Notes: generated from the letters alone by a model not told the origin. A DNA stretch of 64,000 bases from Coriobacteriia bacterium (GCA_016649875.1 JAENWW010000007.1:19715-83714), one strand, 5' to 3'. Numbered from the stretch's first letter, positions 40,157-50,743 are shown. Numbers and translations: made by a program.

Positions 40157-41095
40157 ATGACAGAGTTCATGAGGCCCGCTGTCACGGCAGATAAGTTGGC
40201 AGACAATGTAGCTCGCTATGTTGTCGAACCGCTTGATCGGGGCTTTGGCTATACTCTAGGCAATGGTATGCGTCGCGTACTGTTGTCATCACTTGAGGGT
40301 GCCGCTGCTACTTCGATTCGTATCGATGGTGTTCAGCATGAGTTTTCGACCATTAAAGGCGTTCGCGAAGATGTCACCGACATCGTTCTCAACGTCAAAG
40401 GTTTGATTTTTGCTGACACCGGTATCGGTGAAGAAGCAGTCACGGCAAGCCTTCGTGCAGAAGGTCCCGGTGTCGTAACCGGCGCCGACTTGGCTGTTCC
40501 TTCAGAGTTTGAGTTGGTTAACCCAGAGCACGTTATTGCAACGCTCAACGACAAGGCCGCGCTGTCCATGCAAATGCGCATCGGCACCGGTCGCGGTTAT
40601 GTGACCGCCGATCGCAACAAGAGCGCCACCGACGAAATCGGCGTTATTCCGGTTGACTCTTTGTTCTCGCCGGTCATCCGTTGTACCTATACGGTTGAAA
40701 ACACTCGCGTCGGTCAGCGTACCGACTACGAGAAGCTTACTCTTGAAGTTGAGACAAACGGCTCGATTGAACCGGACGATGCGATTGCACGTGCCGGTCG
40801 AATCATCAACGAGCATATGCAGTTGTTCGTTGCGCAGACAATCGCACCCATCGATGAGGATTCGATTTTCGTCGAGATCGATGAGACCGACAACGGTCGA
40901 CTCGATACTCCCATCGAAGACTTGGATCTCTCGGTTCGTGCGTATAACTGTTTGAAGCGTCAGGGCGTCAATACCATCGGCCAACTGGTCGAGTGCAGTG
41001 AGAACGACCTTCTCAACGTACGAAACTTTGGCGCTAAGTCAATTGAAGAGGTCAAAGACAAGCTCGTCGATATGGGCTTGGGTCTTAAGGCTTAA
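40157..41095 (+). CDS. rpoA: DNA-directed RNA polymerase alpha subunit
   Basis: Contains GYTLGNGMRRVLLSS and the C-terminal domain LSVRAYNCLKRQGVNTIGQL. Confidence 0.95.
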   Translation: MTEFMRPAVTADKLADNVARYVVEPLDRGFGYTLGNGMRRVLLSSLEGAAATSIRIDGVQHEFSTIKGVREDVTDIVLNVKGLIFADTGIGEEAVTASLRAEGPGVVTGADLAVPSEFELVNPEHVIATLNDKAALSMQMRIGTGRGYVTADRNKSATDEIGVIPVDSLFSPVIRCTYTVENTRVGQRTDYEKLTLEVETNGSIEPDDAIARAGRIINEHMQLFVAQTIAPIDEDSIFVEIDETDNGRLDTPIEDLDLSVRAYNCLKRQGVNTIGQLVECSENDLLNVRNFGAKSIEEVKDKLVDMGLGLKA

Positions 41096-41108
41096 AGGAG
41101 AATTGTAA

Positions 41109-41459
41109 ATGAGGCACCTTAAAAGAGGTCGCAAACTCGGAACTGACTCAGCGCATACCAAGGCTATGCTTAAAGGCCTTGCCGTTGCAGTTTTGACACA
41201 CGACCGCATTAAGACTACCGAGACCCGCGCTAAAGAGGTTCGTTCGCTGGTAGATAAGGTTATTACTCTCGCAAAGAAAGGCGATGTCTATTCACGTCGT
41301 CTCGCCATCACCGCCATCGGTGACAAAGAGATCGTAGCCAAAATCTTTACCGCTGCCGAGCGCTTCGCGGGTCGCGAGGGTGGATACACTCGCATCCTTA
41401 AGCTCGGACCTCGCAAGGGCGATGCAGCTCCCATGGTCATCATGGAACTCGTCGACTAG
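41109..41459 (+). CDS. rplQ: 50S ribosomal protein L17
   Basis: The N-terminus MRHLKRGRKLG, and GGYTRILKLGPRKGD. Confidence 0.95.
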   Translation: MRHLKRGRKLGTDSAHTKAMLKGLAVAVLTHDRIKTTETRAKEVRSLVDKVITLAKKGDVYSRRLAITAIGDKEIVAKIFTAAERFAGREGGYTRILKLGPRKGDAAPMVIMELVD

Positions 41460-41493
41460 GCGAAGTACCTATGCTTATAGGCTGGTGAAATCT

Positions 41494-41522
41494 AAGTGGG
41501 CCCCATTCAGGGGTCCACTTTT
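41494..41522 (+). terminator. Rho-independent terminator closing the alpha operon
   Basis: AAGTGGGCCCC-attca-GGGGTCCACTT followed by TT. Confidence 0.65.
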
Positions 41523-41566
41523 CCATTCATTCTGCATGTGAGACGCTATACCGATATACTTGAATC

Positions 41567-42973
41567 ATGGAAAATCTTATAGCAAAAATCAAACAGACAA
41601 TAGAGCGCGAATCCCTGTTCGCTCCGGGTGACACGGCGCTGGTTATGCTCTCGGGCGGTGGCGATTCGGTGGCGCTGTTACGCGTGTTGACAATACTTGC
41701 CGGCGAACTCGAAATCGACGTTCATGCGTTGCATGTCAATCACCTCATTCGTAAAGAAACGGCGAGCGCCGATGAGGCATTCGCCGTTGCGCTCTGCGAG
41801 GAACTCGGCGTGTCTTGTACGGTGCAGCGTGTCGATGTGGTGGCTTTCGCGCAAAAGGACGGATTAAACCTCGAGGATGCCGGCCGCAGGGTCCGTTATG
41901 CCGCGGCCGAAAAGCTCGTCGAACAGCTCTGCGAGGATAAGAATGCACGTCGTTCGCAAGGTAAAATCGTGACCGGTCACTCCCGCGATGACCGCGTCGA
42001 AACATTTTTCTCGCGAGCGCTTTTCGGTGCCGGTACCGGGGGACTCGGCTCCACGCATGCCAAGCGGGGTGCAATCGTGCGTCCGCTCATCGGATGCGAC
42101 CGCAGGGAGTTGCGTGAGTGGCTCGAATCGCTTGGATTTTCTTGGTGCGAAGACGAGTCGAACGAGGATGTCACCCGTACGCGCGCGTTCATCCGTACAA
42201 ACATCATTCCCGCATGTGAAGAGCTCAACCCGTCATTTCGCAGTGCCTTGGAACGCACCATGAATCTTCTTTCTGACGATGATACGTTGCTTTCCACTAT
42301 GGCGAATCAATTCGCTCGGGATTTTTCCGATGACCGCGTGGTCGGTGAACATATCGTATTCAACATAAACTTCATGCGCACACTCGAACAGACCATGGCT
42401 CGTCGCACGCTCCGCAGCGGGATTTTGCAAATGTTTCCCGAGGCTTCTCGGATAGACGCGTCTCACATTCAAAATCTCGTCGACCATTTCGACTGTGATA
42501 GTTATGTGCAGGATTTGCCCGACAACCTGCGCGCCGAGGTAAGGTACGGTACACTGAAAGTCAGCAAAAAACGTCCCATCGAGACGTGGGAGGATACCAT
42601 TCTCAATGTCGATGGTGAAACCGACCTCGGAGCGGCAGGGAAGTTGTACCTCGAAGAGGTGGGAGTCGACGAAATTTACGTCGACCTCTTTTCGGCGACG
42701 GTGGATGCTGATGTGTTCTTGGGTTCGCTTTCCGCGGGCCCCGCTCGCATCGGAGAAAGAATGCACCCCTTGGGGATGGAGGGAAGCAAGTTGCTTTCCG
42801 ACGTTTTCATCGATGCGAAAGTTCCCAAGGAACAAAGGGCTCTCGTGCCGATTGTGCGTGATGCTTCGCAAGTAGTTTGGGCTGCCGGGCAAACACTCGA
42901 TGACCGTTATAAGATTACGCAAGAGACGAAGCGCGCCTGGCGAATCGAGTGGGTGACAAGAGAAGAGTTATGA
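41567..42973 (+). CDS. tilS: tRNA(Ile)-lysidine synthase
   Basis: Contains the PP-loop LVMLSGGGDSVALL. 468 aa. It lies upstream of hpt and ftsH. Confidence 0.9.
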   Translation: MENLIAKIKQTIERESLFAPGDTALVMLSGGGDSVALLRVLTILAGELEIDVHALHVNHLIRKETASADEAFAVALCEELGVSCTVQRVDVVAFAQKDGLNLEDAGRRVRYAAAEKLVEQLCEDKNARRSQGKIVTGHSRDDRVETFFSRALFGAGTGGLGSTHAKRGAIVRPLIGCDRRELREWLESLGFSWCEDESNEDVTRTRAFIRTNIIPACEELNPSFRSALERTMNLLSDDDTLLSTMANQFARDFSDDRVVGEHIVFNINFMRTLEQTMARRTLRSGILQMFPEASRIDASHIQNLVDHFDCDSYVQDLPDNLRAEVRYGTLKVSKKRPIETWEDTILNVDGETDLGAAGKLYLEEVGVDEIYVDLFSATVDADVFLGSLSAGPARIGERMHPLGMEGSKLLSDVFIDAKVPKEQRALVPIVRDASQVVWAAGQTLDDRYKITQETKRAWRIEWVTREEL

Positions 42974-43046
42974 ACGCGGCCAATGCAAGAGCACTGACCA
43001 TATCTTAAAGGCAGTTTATTTTTGATGGGGAGAGGACCGACTTTAC

Positions 43047-43601
43047 ATGCATGAGATACACCCCGATATCGCAAAGGTGTTCATCACCGCCGAGGAACTT
43101 GCGGCTCGCACGAAAGCGATGGGTGCTGAAATAACGCAAGATTATCGCGATAAAGACGTAATTCTCGTTGCGGTTTTGAAAGGTGCGGTGTATTTCCTTG
43201 CCGACCTTTCGCGCGAACTGGACTGTGATTTCGAGATGGACTTCATGGCCGTCTCCAGCTATGGAAATCAGCGTGATTCCTCGGGGGTTGTCCGTATCCT
43301 CAAGGACCTCGATGTGGAACTCGCCGACCGTCATGTTTTGATTGTCGAAGACATACTCGATACCGGCCTCACGCTGAAGTACCTCATGCGAAATTTCGAA
43401 GCACGCGGTGCTGCATCGGTCGAAGTCGCGGCGTGTCTTTTGAAGGACCGCGACCGTAGCGGTGAGAACGAAATTGAGGTAAAGTATGTTGGTTTCACCA
43501 TTCCTAACGAATTTGTAGTCGGCTACGGACTCGATTATGCGGAGCGCTACCGAGGGCTTTCCTATATCGGTGTGCTCAAGCCTGAAGTTTACTCTGATTA
43601 A
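43047..43601 (+). CDS. hpt: Hypoxanthine(-guanine) phosphoribosyltransferase
   Basis: Contains [12 protein letters not shown] and the PRPP motif [13 protein letters not shown]. Confidence 0.92.
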   Translation: MHEIHPDIAKVFITAEELAARTKAMGAEITQDYRDKDVILVAVLKGAVYFLADLSRELDCDFEMDFMAVSSYGNQRDSSGVVRILKDLDVELADRHVLIVEDILDTGLTLKYLMRNFEARGAASVEVAACLLKDRDRSGENEIEVKYVGFTIPNEFVVGYGLDYAERYRGLSYIGVLKPEVYSD

Positions 43602-43615
43602 GGAGATTACCCGAT

Positions 43616-45691
43616 TTGAACAGCAAGAATTTTAAAACAGTCGTTATATACTTGGTGATTCTTGCCGCTTTCGCGTGGCTTGTCGCCAGTCAGCTCGACG
43701 GGTCGGTTACCGCCAATAAAACACCTATCAAACTCGAAACCGGCACGTTTGTGTCCATGGCTCATGACGGGCTCATTCAGTCGGCGACGTATGTGACCGA
43801 AGACGGCACACTCACGGGAACGTATTGGGAATCCGACGCGGCAAAAAGCAAAGCAATCGCACACGGATGGACGGGGGATTCGGTATCTCCGACCGCTACG
43901 GTGCAAACGACCGGCAGTAAAACTTCGGATACCGGCCTACTGTCGTTGTTCTCCGGCGGCACGCCGACCGCCCCGACGACCCCGGCGGGTCTGGGGAAAT
44001 TCAAATCCTCTTGGGCGGGACCGGATTCGTTTACCGAGTTCGCGCAAAAAGATCTTCTCGGTAAATTCACCATCGATAACTCCGGCCCGAGTATCTGGGT
44101 GACGATTCTGACTTCTGTACTGCCCTTCATTCTCTTGGCGGGAATCATGGTGTTTTTCCTCAGCCAGATGAACGGCGGAAACGGTAAGGTAATGAGCTTC
44201 GGCAAGGCGAAGGCGAAGCGCAACAATAAGGAAAGCAAGCGCGTCACCTTCAAAGATGTCGCCGGAGAAGTCGAGGCGATTCAGGAACTCGAAGAAATCA
44301 AAGAGTTCTTGGCCAACCCGGCACGATTCCAAAAACTCGGAGCGAAAATTCCGAAGGGAGTCTTGCTGGTGGGCCCTCCAGGCACCGGCAAGACGTTACT
44401 GGCTCGTGCAGTCGCCGGCGAAGCCGACGTGCCGTTCTTTACGATTTCGGGCTCCGATTTCGTCGAGATGTTCGTCGGAGTCGGCGCAAGTCGTGTCCGT
44501 GACTTGTTCGAACAGGCGAAAGCCGAGAGTCCTTCGATAATCTTCGTCGACGAAATCGATGCAGTCGGACGCCGTCGCGGCGCCGGACTCGGTGGTGGGA
44601 ACGACGAGCGTGAGCAAACGCTTAACGCGATGCTCGTCGAAATGGATGGTTTCGAAGTCACCGACAATGTCATTCTCATCGCTGCGACGAACCGCCCCGA
44701 CATTCTCGATCCGGCGCTTTTGCGCCCCGGTCGTTTCGACCGCCAAATCGTCGTCGATCGTCCCGATCTCAAAGGGCGTGAGCAGATTTTGGAAATTCAC
44801 GTCAAGGATAAGCCGATTGCAAAGGATCTCAAGCTTTCCGTGCTCGCCCGACGCACGCCTGGTTTCACCGGCGCCGACTTGGCCAACCTCGTCAACGAGG
44901 CGGCCCTGCTTGCGGCACGTCATAATAAGGTGGAAATCGACATGGAGGAGCTCGAAGAAGGAATCGACCGCGTGATGGCCGGTCCCGAGCGCAAAAGCCG
45001 TTTGATTTCTGAAAAAGAGAAGAGAATCATCGCTTATCACGAGTCCGGACATGCGATAGTCGGGCATGTCTTGCCGGATGCGGACCCCGTTCACAAGGTG
45101 AGCATCATTCCACGAGGCCGTGCGCTCGGTTTGACATGGCAATTACCGGGCGAGGATCGTTTCCTCGAGTCGAAGCGTGAGTTGACCGACAATATTGCGG
45201 TTCTTCTCTCCGGTCGCGCGGCAGAAGATATCGCCATCGGAGATGTCACGAGCGGTGCTTCAAACGATATCGAGCGTGCGACGAAAGTAGCAAAGCAAAT
45301 GGTCACTCGCTTCGGAATGAGCGAAAAGCTCGGACCGCAAGCATACGGTGAGGCCGAGCACGAAGTGTTCCTCGGCCGCGACTTCTCCGCCAACGCCGAT
45401 TACAGTGATGCAACGGCGGCCATCATCGATAACGAGGTTTCTCGTTTAGTGACGGACGGTTTCGCCCAGTCGCATGCACTTTTGCTCGAGCGCAAAGAAC
45501 AGCTCGATCTCATGGCCTCCTTGTTGATCGAGCGTGAAACGCTCGAAGGCGATGCGCTCAAGGCGATTCTCGACAATAAGTGGGATGAATATCTTGAGTC
45601 GCACACGGGAGAAGAAGTTCCCGTCGAAGCCGCCGAGGGACCCGGAATCATCTTCGCGCCCCAAGACAGTGAAGTAAACGATGAGGCATAA
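43616..45691 (+). CDS. ftsH: ATP-dependent zinc metalloprotease FtsH
   Basis: Contains Walker [12 protein letters not shown], the SRH region and the HESGHA zinc site. TTG start. Confidence 0.95.
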   Translation: MNSKNFKTVVIYLVILAAFAWLVASQLDGSVTANKTPIKLETGTFVSMAHDGLIQSATYVTEDGTLTGTYWESDAAKSKAIAHGWTGDSVSPTATVQTTGSKTSDTGLLSLFSGGTPTAPTTPAGLGKFKSSWAGPDSFTEFAQKDLLGKFTIDNSGPSIWVTILTSVLPFILLAGIMVFFLSQMNGGNGKVMSFGKAKAKRNNKESKRVTFKDVAGEVEAIQELEEIKEFLANPARFQKLGAKIPKGVLLVGPPGTGKTLLARAVAGEADVPFFTISGSDFVEMFVGVGASRVRDLFEQAKAESPSIIFVDEIDAVGRRRGAGLGGGNDEREQTLNAMLVEMDGFEVTDNVILIAATNRPDILDPALLRPGRFDRQIVVDRPDLKGREQILEIHVKDKPIAKDLKLSVLARRTPGFTGADLANLVNEAALLAARHNKVEIDMEELEEGIDRVMAGPERKSRLISEKEKRIIAYHESGHAIVGHVLPDADPVHKVSIIPRGRALGLTWQLPGEDRFLESKRELTDNIAVLLSGRAAEDIAIGDVTSGASNDIERATKVAKQMVTRFGMSEKLGPQAYGEAEHEVFLGRDFSANADYSDATAAIIDNEVSRLVTDGFAQSHALLLERKEQLDLMASLLIERETLEGDALKAILDNKWDEYLESHTGEEVPVEAAEGPGIIFAPQDSEVNDEA

Positions 45692-45730
45692 ATCGTAATT
45701 TGTAACACCTACCGATGTGAGAGTGCGCGT

Positions 45731-46297
45731 ATGGATAAGGCAAAAATCGAAGAGGGCGTAAGACTCATTCTCGAGGGGATCGGGGAGGATACCGCTCGCG
45801 AGGGGCTTTTGGACACTCCGAAACGTGTCGCGAACATGTATGAGGAAATCTGTGCCGGGCTCGAGCAAGATCCGGCGGAGTATTTCAATGTGCTCTTCAA
45901 CGAGGACCATCAGGATATGGTTCTCGTGAGAGACATTCCGCTCTATTCGATGTGCGAGCACCATCTCGCTCCTTTCTTCGGGGTGGCGCACATCGCCTAC
46001 ATTCCGGGCCCGTCCGGGGAAATCTGTGGGCTCTCCAAGCTTGCGCGCGTCGTGGATGCTTACGCGCGTCGGCCTCAGATACAGGAGCGACTCACTTCTC
46101 AAATCGCGGAGTGCATCGTGGAAAACCTCCATCCGTTGGGGATGCTCGTGGTCATAGAGGCCGAGCATCTCTGCATGTCGATGCGCGGTGTGAGAAAGCC
46201 CGGGACGAAAACGGTGACGTCGGCGGTTCGCGGATCGTTTCAAACGGATTCGCGAACGCGCGCAGAGGCCATGGCTCTCATAGGCTCGAGAAAATAA
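45731..46297 (+). CDS. folE: GTP cyclohydrolase I
   Basis: Contains LLDTPKRVA and [12 protein letters not shown]. Confidence 0.93.
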   Translation: MDKAKIEEGVRLILEGIGEDTAREGLLDTPKRVANMYEEICAGLEQDPAEYFNVLFNEDHQDMVLVRDIPLYSMCEHHLAPFFGVAHIAYIPGPSGEICGLSKLARVVDAYARRPQIQERLTSQIAECIVENLHPLGMLVVIEAEHLCMSMRGVRKPGTKTVTSAVRGSFQTDSRTRAEAMALIGSRK

Positions 46298-46320
46298 TCG
46301 AACGTAAGAAGTCAATACAT

Positions 46321-47670
46321 ATGAGTTCAATCTGGAAATGCGCCGAGTATGAGATCGACACGGGCACACCCCAAATTATGGGGATTGTCAATGTCACCAC
46401 GGACTCGTTCTCAGACGGTGGCGCCTACATCGATACACAGACAGCTATAACGCATGCCGGCGAACTCATCGCCCAAGGAGCCACGATCCTCGATATCGGA
46501 GGTGAGTCGACTCGTCCGGGCTCGAGTGCTGTCAGTCCCGAGGTTGAGACGGCTCGCGTCGTGCCGGTCGTCGAAGGTCTAGCAGGTTGTGGTGTGCCGA
46601 TTTCGGTGGATACGCGCAACGCTGAAACAGCGCGTGCCGTCATCGCCGCCGGAGCACACATCATAAACGATATATCCGGTTTCACCGACCCTGAAATGAT
46701 TGATGCCGTCGCGGGCAGCAAAGTCGGCCTCGTCGTCATGCACATGAAAGGGGAGCCCAAATCGATGCAGACCGATCCGGTCTATGATGACGTCATCCGC
46801 GAGGTTTGCACCTTCCTTGAGCAACGCAGCACCGAATTGCAGCGTCACGGCATAGATCGCGGTCGCATTTGTTTTGATCCCGGGTTCGGTTTCGGCAAAA
46901 ACTATGAGCATAATCTCCTTTTGCTGGGGGATATGGACCGCATCGTGAATCTCGGCTATCCGGTGCTCGTCGGAGTTTCCCGCAAAAAGTTCATCGCACG
47001 TCTTTCCGGTATCGCCGAGCCTGCATTGCGCGACATTCCTTCTGCGCAAATCGCGCTTGACCTCATATATCACGGAGCGTCAATCGTTCGGGTTCACAAC
47101 GTCGAGGAAACGAAAACCGCAATCGAACGGGAAAGCAAGCCGGTGTCGGCCTATATCGCTCTGGGCACCAACATCGGTGACAGACTGAAGAATTTACGGA
47201 ACGCAGTCGGTCATTTACGGCGGATTCCGCACGCGAATATTACGAATGCCTCGCAGGCGCTCGAGTCGGAGCCGGCATATAAAACAGACCAACAAAGTTT
47301 CGGCAATGCCGTTGTGAAACTGGAAACCTCACTCGGGATGTTCGCTCTTTTTGCAGAAATTCAATATATCGAGCAAAAAATGAGCCGTGTCAAATTGGAG
47401 GAGAACGGTCCGCGCATCATCGATTTGGATCTTTTGCTTTATGGAGACACGATATATAAAACTCCCGAGCTCGAGGTCCCCCATGCGGGTATCGCAGAGA
47501 GGGCGTTTGTGACAGAGCCCCTCCTTGAAATCGAGCCAAACCTCATTTTGCCGGATGGAAGGGTGGTGGCACGCGCAAAGGCCGAGAGGGGGCGCGTGCG
47601 AGGCGTTATCGGTGAAATCACACCGAAAATGGGCGCTGCAAGCACAGAACAAGGAATGTCGTTGATGTAA
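46321..47670 (+). CDS. folP-folK: Fused dihydropteroate synthase / 6-hydroxymethyl-dihydropterin pyrophosphokinase
   Basis: I trimmed the track ORF 45952.. to ATG 46321. The N-terminal part is DHPS (IMGIVNVTTDSFSDGG, DIGGESTRPG). The C-terminal part is HPPK (AYIALGTNIGDR, GPRIIDLDLLLYGD). Confidence 0.85.
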   Translation: MSSIWKCAEYEIDTGTPQIMGIVNVTTDSFSDGGAYIDTQTAITHAGELIAQGATILDIGGESTRPGSSAVSPEVETARVVPVVEGLAGCGVPISVDTRNAETARAVIAAGAHIINDISGFTDPEMIDAVAGSKVGLVVMHMKGEPKSMQTDPVYDDVIREVCTFLEQRSTELQRHGIDRGRICFDPGFGFGKNYEHNLLLLGDMDRIVNLGYPVLVGVSRKKFIARLSGIAEPALRDIPSAQIALDLIYHGASIVRVHNVEETKTAIERESKPVSAYIALGTNIGDRLKNLRNAVGHLRRIPHANITNASQALESEPAYKTDQQSFGNAVVKLETSLGMFALFAEIQYIEQKMSRVKLEENGPRIIDLDLLLYGDTIYKTPELEVPHAGIAERAFVTEPLLEIEPNLILPDGRVVARAKAERGRVRGVIGEITPKMGAASTEQGMSLM

Positions 47671-47803
47671 ATGGTGTGCAAGCTCTGAAGGTTTTGTTAA
47701 ACCTGCAATAATAGAAGAAGGTAAGAATAATTTCCGAACAGGAGGACCGCGCAGACCCGAACAACGGCTGCGACGGCGTACCGGACAGGAGCTCGAAATA
47801 ATC

Positions 47804-48664
47804 ATGGACACGATAAACGTCGATCACCGCATAACCGTAAAAGATTTAACACGAATGAAAGCCCGGCGTGAGCCGATCGTCATGTGTACGGCGTACGATT
47901 TTCACTCAGCACGTCTCGTCGACGAAGCCGGCATCGATTCGATTCTCATCGGTGACTCTATGGGTATGACCATGATGGGATATGATTCGACGGTTCCCGT
48001 CACTCTCGACGACATACTCTTTTCCACCAAAATCGTTTCGCGCACTTCTCATCACGCCTTTGTGATCGCGGATATGCCTTTCATGAGTTTTCAGGTGTCC
48101 TATGAAGAGGGCATGCGCAATGCCTCCAGATTGGTCAAAGAGGGTGGCGCGCAGGCAGTGAAGCTCGAAGGAGCGACCGATCTTACGCTCAAGCTCACCG
48201 GCGGACTGAGCCGGGCCGGTATTCCCGTCATCGCGCATCTCGGGCTCACTCCTCAATCCATCAACACTCTCGGCGGGTATTTTTCGCAGGGTCGCGCAAA
48301 AGAACCGGCGCTGCTCCTGGTACAAGAAGCGCACAAAGTCGAAGAGGCGGGCGCTTCTGCCGTGGTTTTGGAGTGCATTCCGACAGAGCTGGCTGCACAC
48401 ATCACCGCATCGCTCTCCATTCCCACAATCGGTATCGGAGCCGGAATCGGTTGTGACGGTCAGGTCCAGGTATTTCATGACTTGATGGGTTTGGGCACCT
48501 TTCAGCCCAAACACGCAAAGCGATATGCCCATGTGGAGGAGATTGCCGCTGACGCTCTTGGGCGGTTCTTGTCTGAGACGAAGGCCGGGGAGTTTCCCGG
48601 CGAAGAACAATCGACGCATTTGGCATCCGACGTGGCACAAAGCATCGAAGAGCTGAGGAAATGA
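47804..48664 (+). CDS. panB: 3-methyl-2-oxobutanoate hydroxymethyltransferase
   Basis: Contains MCTAYDFHSARLVDEAGIDSILIGDSMGM. Confidence 0.92.
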   Translation: MDTINVDHRITVKDLTRMKARREPIVMCTAYDFHSARLVDEAGIDSILIGDSMGMTMMGYDSTVPVTLDDILFSTKIVSRTSHHAFVIADMPFMSFQVSYEEGMRNASRLVKEGGAQAVKLEGATDLTLKLTGGLSRAGIPVIAHLGLTPQSINTLGGYFSQGRAKEPALLLVQEAHKVEEAGASAVVLECIPTELAAHITASLSIPTIGIGAGIGCDGQVQVFHDLMGLGTFQPKHAKRYAHVEEIAADALGRFLSETKAGEFPGEEQSTHLASDVAQSIEELRK

Positions 48665-48667
48665 AGA

Positions 48668-49552
48668 ATGCATATATTTAAGACCAAGTCGGCGGTTCAC
48701 GGTTTCAGTGAGAACGCACATAGTGCGGGAAAGACCGTCGGATTCGTGGCGACCATGGGCGCCCTTCATGAGGGGCATTTGACATTGGTCCGTTACGCGC
48801 TCATGCAAAATGACATCGTCATAGTATCGATATTCGTGAATCCCACGCAATTCGGACATGATGAGGATTATTCGCAATACCCGCGCACTCTCGAGGAGGA
48901 CTGTGTGCTCCTCGAAGAACTTGGGGTGCACGGCGTCTTCGCCCCGACGGCGGGCGAGATGTATGACTCCACCATCGAGCAGATGAACGCCAACGACGGG
49001 GGATTGACGAGAACGCAAATTAACCCCGGCGAACTGGCGACTCTGTGGGAGGGTGAATTGCGCCCGGCGCACTTCGCCGGTGTATGCCTCGTGGTGGGAA
49101 AGCTTTTGAACATCGTGAGGCCTAATCGTGCGTATTTCGGCGAGAAAGATTATCAGCAACTCGCAATCATTCGGCAGCTCGCCGCCGATCTCGACCTTTT
49201 CGTCGAAGTGATCGGAGTGTCCATCGAGCGCGCCGACGACGGTCTTGCCCTTTCGAGTCGCAATCGTTATCTCAACGTCGAGCAACGCAAGGGGGCATGT
49301 TCGTTGTACGAATCGATTGTGCTCGCGCAATCTTTGTGTGCCAAAGGTGAGGTGATGTGTGCCGAGATCGTGCGCGACGTTACCAATTATTTGACGCTTC
49401 GATGTGATGGCATGCTTTCCATCGGGTATGTTGCCATTGTGGACCCGATGACGCTGAAACCGCTCGAGTCGGTTATCGACGAGGGGCGTCTTTTGATTTC
49501 GGTTCAGCTCGACGGCATACATCTCATAGATAATGCGCTTATCTGCGCGTGA
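48668..49552 (+). CDS. panC: Pantoate--beta-alanine ligase
   Basis: Contains GFVATMGALHEGHLTLV and FGEKDYQQL. The stop TGA at 49550-49552 lies inside the left direct repeat. Confidence 0.93.
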   Translation: MHIFKTKSAVHGFSENAHSAGKTVGFVATMGALHEGHLTLVRYALMQNDIVIVSIFVNPTQFGHDEDYSQYPRTLEEDCVLLEELGVHGVFAPTAGEMYDSTIEQMNANDGGLTRTQINPGELATLWEGELRPAHFAGVCLVVGKLLNIVRPNRAYFGEKDYQQLAIIRQLAADLDLFVEVIGVSIERADDGLALSSRNRYLNVEQRKGACSLYESIVLAQSLCAKGEVMCAEIVRDVTNYLTLRCDGMLSIGYVAIVDPMTLKPLESVIDEGRLLISVQLDGIHLIDNALICA

Positions 49553-49584
49553 AGCGATTTGAGCTCAAAGAAAGCAGGTGACGG
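49533..49584 (+). repeat. Left copy of a 52-bp direct repeat (panC 3' end plus intergenic leader)
   Basis: ATGCGCTTATCTGCGCGTGAAGCGATTTGAGCTCAAAGAAAGCAGGTGACGG is 51/52 identical to 50911..50962. The only mismatch is C49566 versus A50944. Decayed similarity continues for about 23 nt (16/23) to 49607. Confidence 0.95.
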
Positions 49585-49610
49585 CAGGGGGAGCCATCTG
49601 ATTAAATTTA

Positions 49611-50684
49611 TTATAAAGCCGCCTCTGCCTCAGATACCAGCTCTTCCATAAGCTCTTTCACGGGCACTATTTTATCAACTCTGTAAGCATTTGTACCAAC
49701 GAAGATAAGTCCTTCGTCAACATTTCCTTTTACTGCTTCTATTAATGCTTTTGTAATACAATAGGGGGTATTTTTAGGGTTACAAGTTTTAATGCAGTTA
49801 AAGCATCTCTTAACTTGAATGTCTCCCCTGGAAACTTCATCCAAAAATTTATTTCCAACAGCTCTTCCCGGCATCCCCACAGGGCTTTTTATTATCCCAA
49901 TATCTTCTTCTTTAGCATGTATATAAGCCATTTTAAATTTAATATCCGCATCGCATTCATCAGTTGCTGCGAATCTGGTAGCCATCTGTACTCCAGCTGC
50001 TCCTGCCTTTAAACATTTTGCAATATCTTGTCCGGTATAAATTCCCCCAGCTGCAATCACCGGTATTTTCTTGTTATATTTCTCTTCATAGGGCTTTAAA
50101 ACTTCAATAACTTCTTTAACAATCCCCGTTAATTCATAGTTTTCTATTTCATCAAGCTGTTCTAATTTAAAACCTAAATGTCCTCCGGCTTTTGGGCCTT
50201 CTACGACTACTGCATCAGGTACATATGAGTATTTCTTATCCCATACCTTTGAAATAAGTGCCGCTGCCCTTCCTGAAGAAACAATAGGAGCAGCCTTTGT
50301 AGCTGAGCCTTTCACCATTTCAGGCAAATCCATGGGAAGTCCAGCTCCTGAAATTATCAGGTCGATTTTTTCTTCAACGGCGGTGATTACCATTTCTCTG
50401 TAATTATTCATGGCAACCATTATGTTAACGCCTATTATTCCATTAGGGCTAAGCGTTCTCGCTTTTCTAATCTGACTTATCAGGCCTCTTATATTTGCTT
50501 CTTTATTATTAGTTTCAAAATCCTCTTCCATATACCCTATCTGAGCTGCGGATATTATTCCGATTCCGCCCTCGTTTGCAACTGCTGATGCGAGAGATGA
50601 CAGGGATACTCCAATACCCATTCCTCCCTGAATTATAGGAACTACAACTGTTAAATTGCCAATTTTAAGTGAAGGTAATTTCAT
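49611..50684 (-). CDS. FMN-dependent nitronate monooxygenase / enoyl-ACP reductase II (FabK)-like oxidoreductase
   Basis: 357 aa with PIIQGGMGIGVS, IGVNIMV, VVVEGPKAGGHLG and PVIAAGGI (TIM-barrel NMO/FabK family). The C-terminus has a 4-Cys cluster, CFNCIKTCNPKNTPYC. It ends in a double stop TAATAA. Confidence 0.75.
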   Translation of the reverse strand: MKLPSLKIGNLTVVVPIIQGGMGIGVSLSSLASAVANEGGIGIISAAQIGYMEEDFETNNKEANIRGLISQIRKARTLSPNGIIGVNIMVAMNNYREMVITAVEEKIDLIISGAGLPMDLPEMVKGSATKAAPIVSSGRAAALISKVWDKKYSYVPDAVVVEGPKAGGHLGFKLEQLDEIENYELTGIVKEVIEVLKPYEEKYNKKIPVIAAGGIYTGQDIAKCLKAGAAGVQMATRFAATDECDADIKFKMAYIHAKEEDIGIIKSPVGMPGRAVGNKFLDEVSRGDIQVKRCFNCIKTCNPKNTPYCITKALIEAVKGNVDEGLIFVGTNAYRVDKIVPVKELMEELVSEAEAAL

Positions 50685-50709
50685 TGCAGCAACTCCTGGT
50701 TTATTGTAT

Positions 50710-50739
50710 TTTATAAGATAAAATTACTTTGATATTCAA
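50710..50739 (-). promoter_or_regulatory. Sigma-70/SigA-type promoter of the islet gene
   Basis: On the minus strand: TTGAAT (50739-50734), an 18-nt spacer and TATAAA (50715-50710). Downstream there is AGGAG, then 8 nt, then the ATG. Confidence 0.55.
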
Positions 50740-50743
50740 AGTA
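50725..50743. promoter_or_regulatory. Perfect 19-bp palindrome (putative operator) overlapping the -35 region
   Basis: TACTTTGA-TAT-TCAAAGTA, with 8-bp arms and no mismatch. Confidence 0.5.

Noticed and set aside
45446-46369. 307-aa minus-strand ORF over folE, and the plus-strand N-terminal extension 45952..46320 of the folP-folK ORF
   Set aside because: The minus-strand ORF is antisense to GTP cyclohydrolase I. The extension overlaps folE out of frame, whereas canonical DHPS sequence begins only after ATG 46321.
47906-49522. 538-aa minus-strand ORF spanning panB and panC
   Set aside because: It runs antisense across two unrelated, well-supported genes. It is Arg/His-rich, has no recognisable motifs and ignores the panB/panC gene boundary. 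I regard it as a chance open frame.
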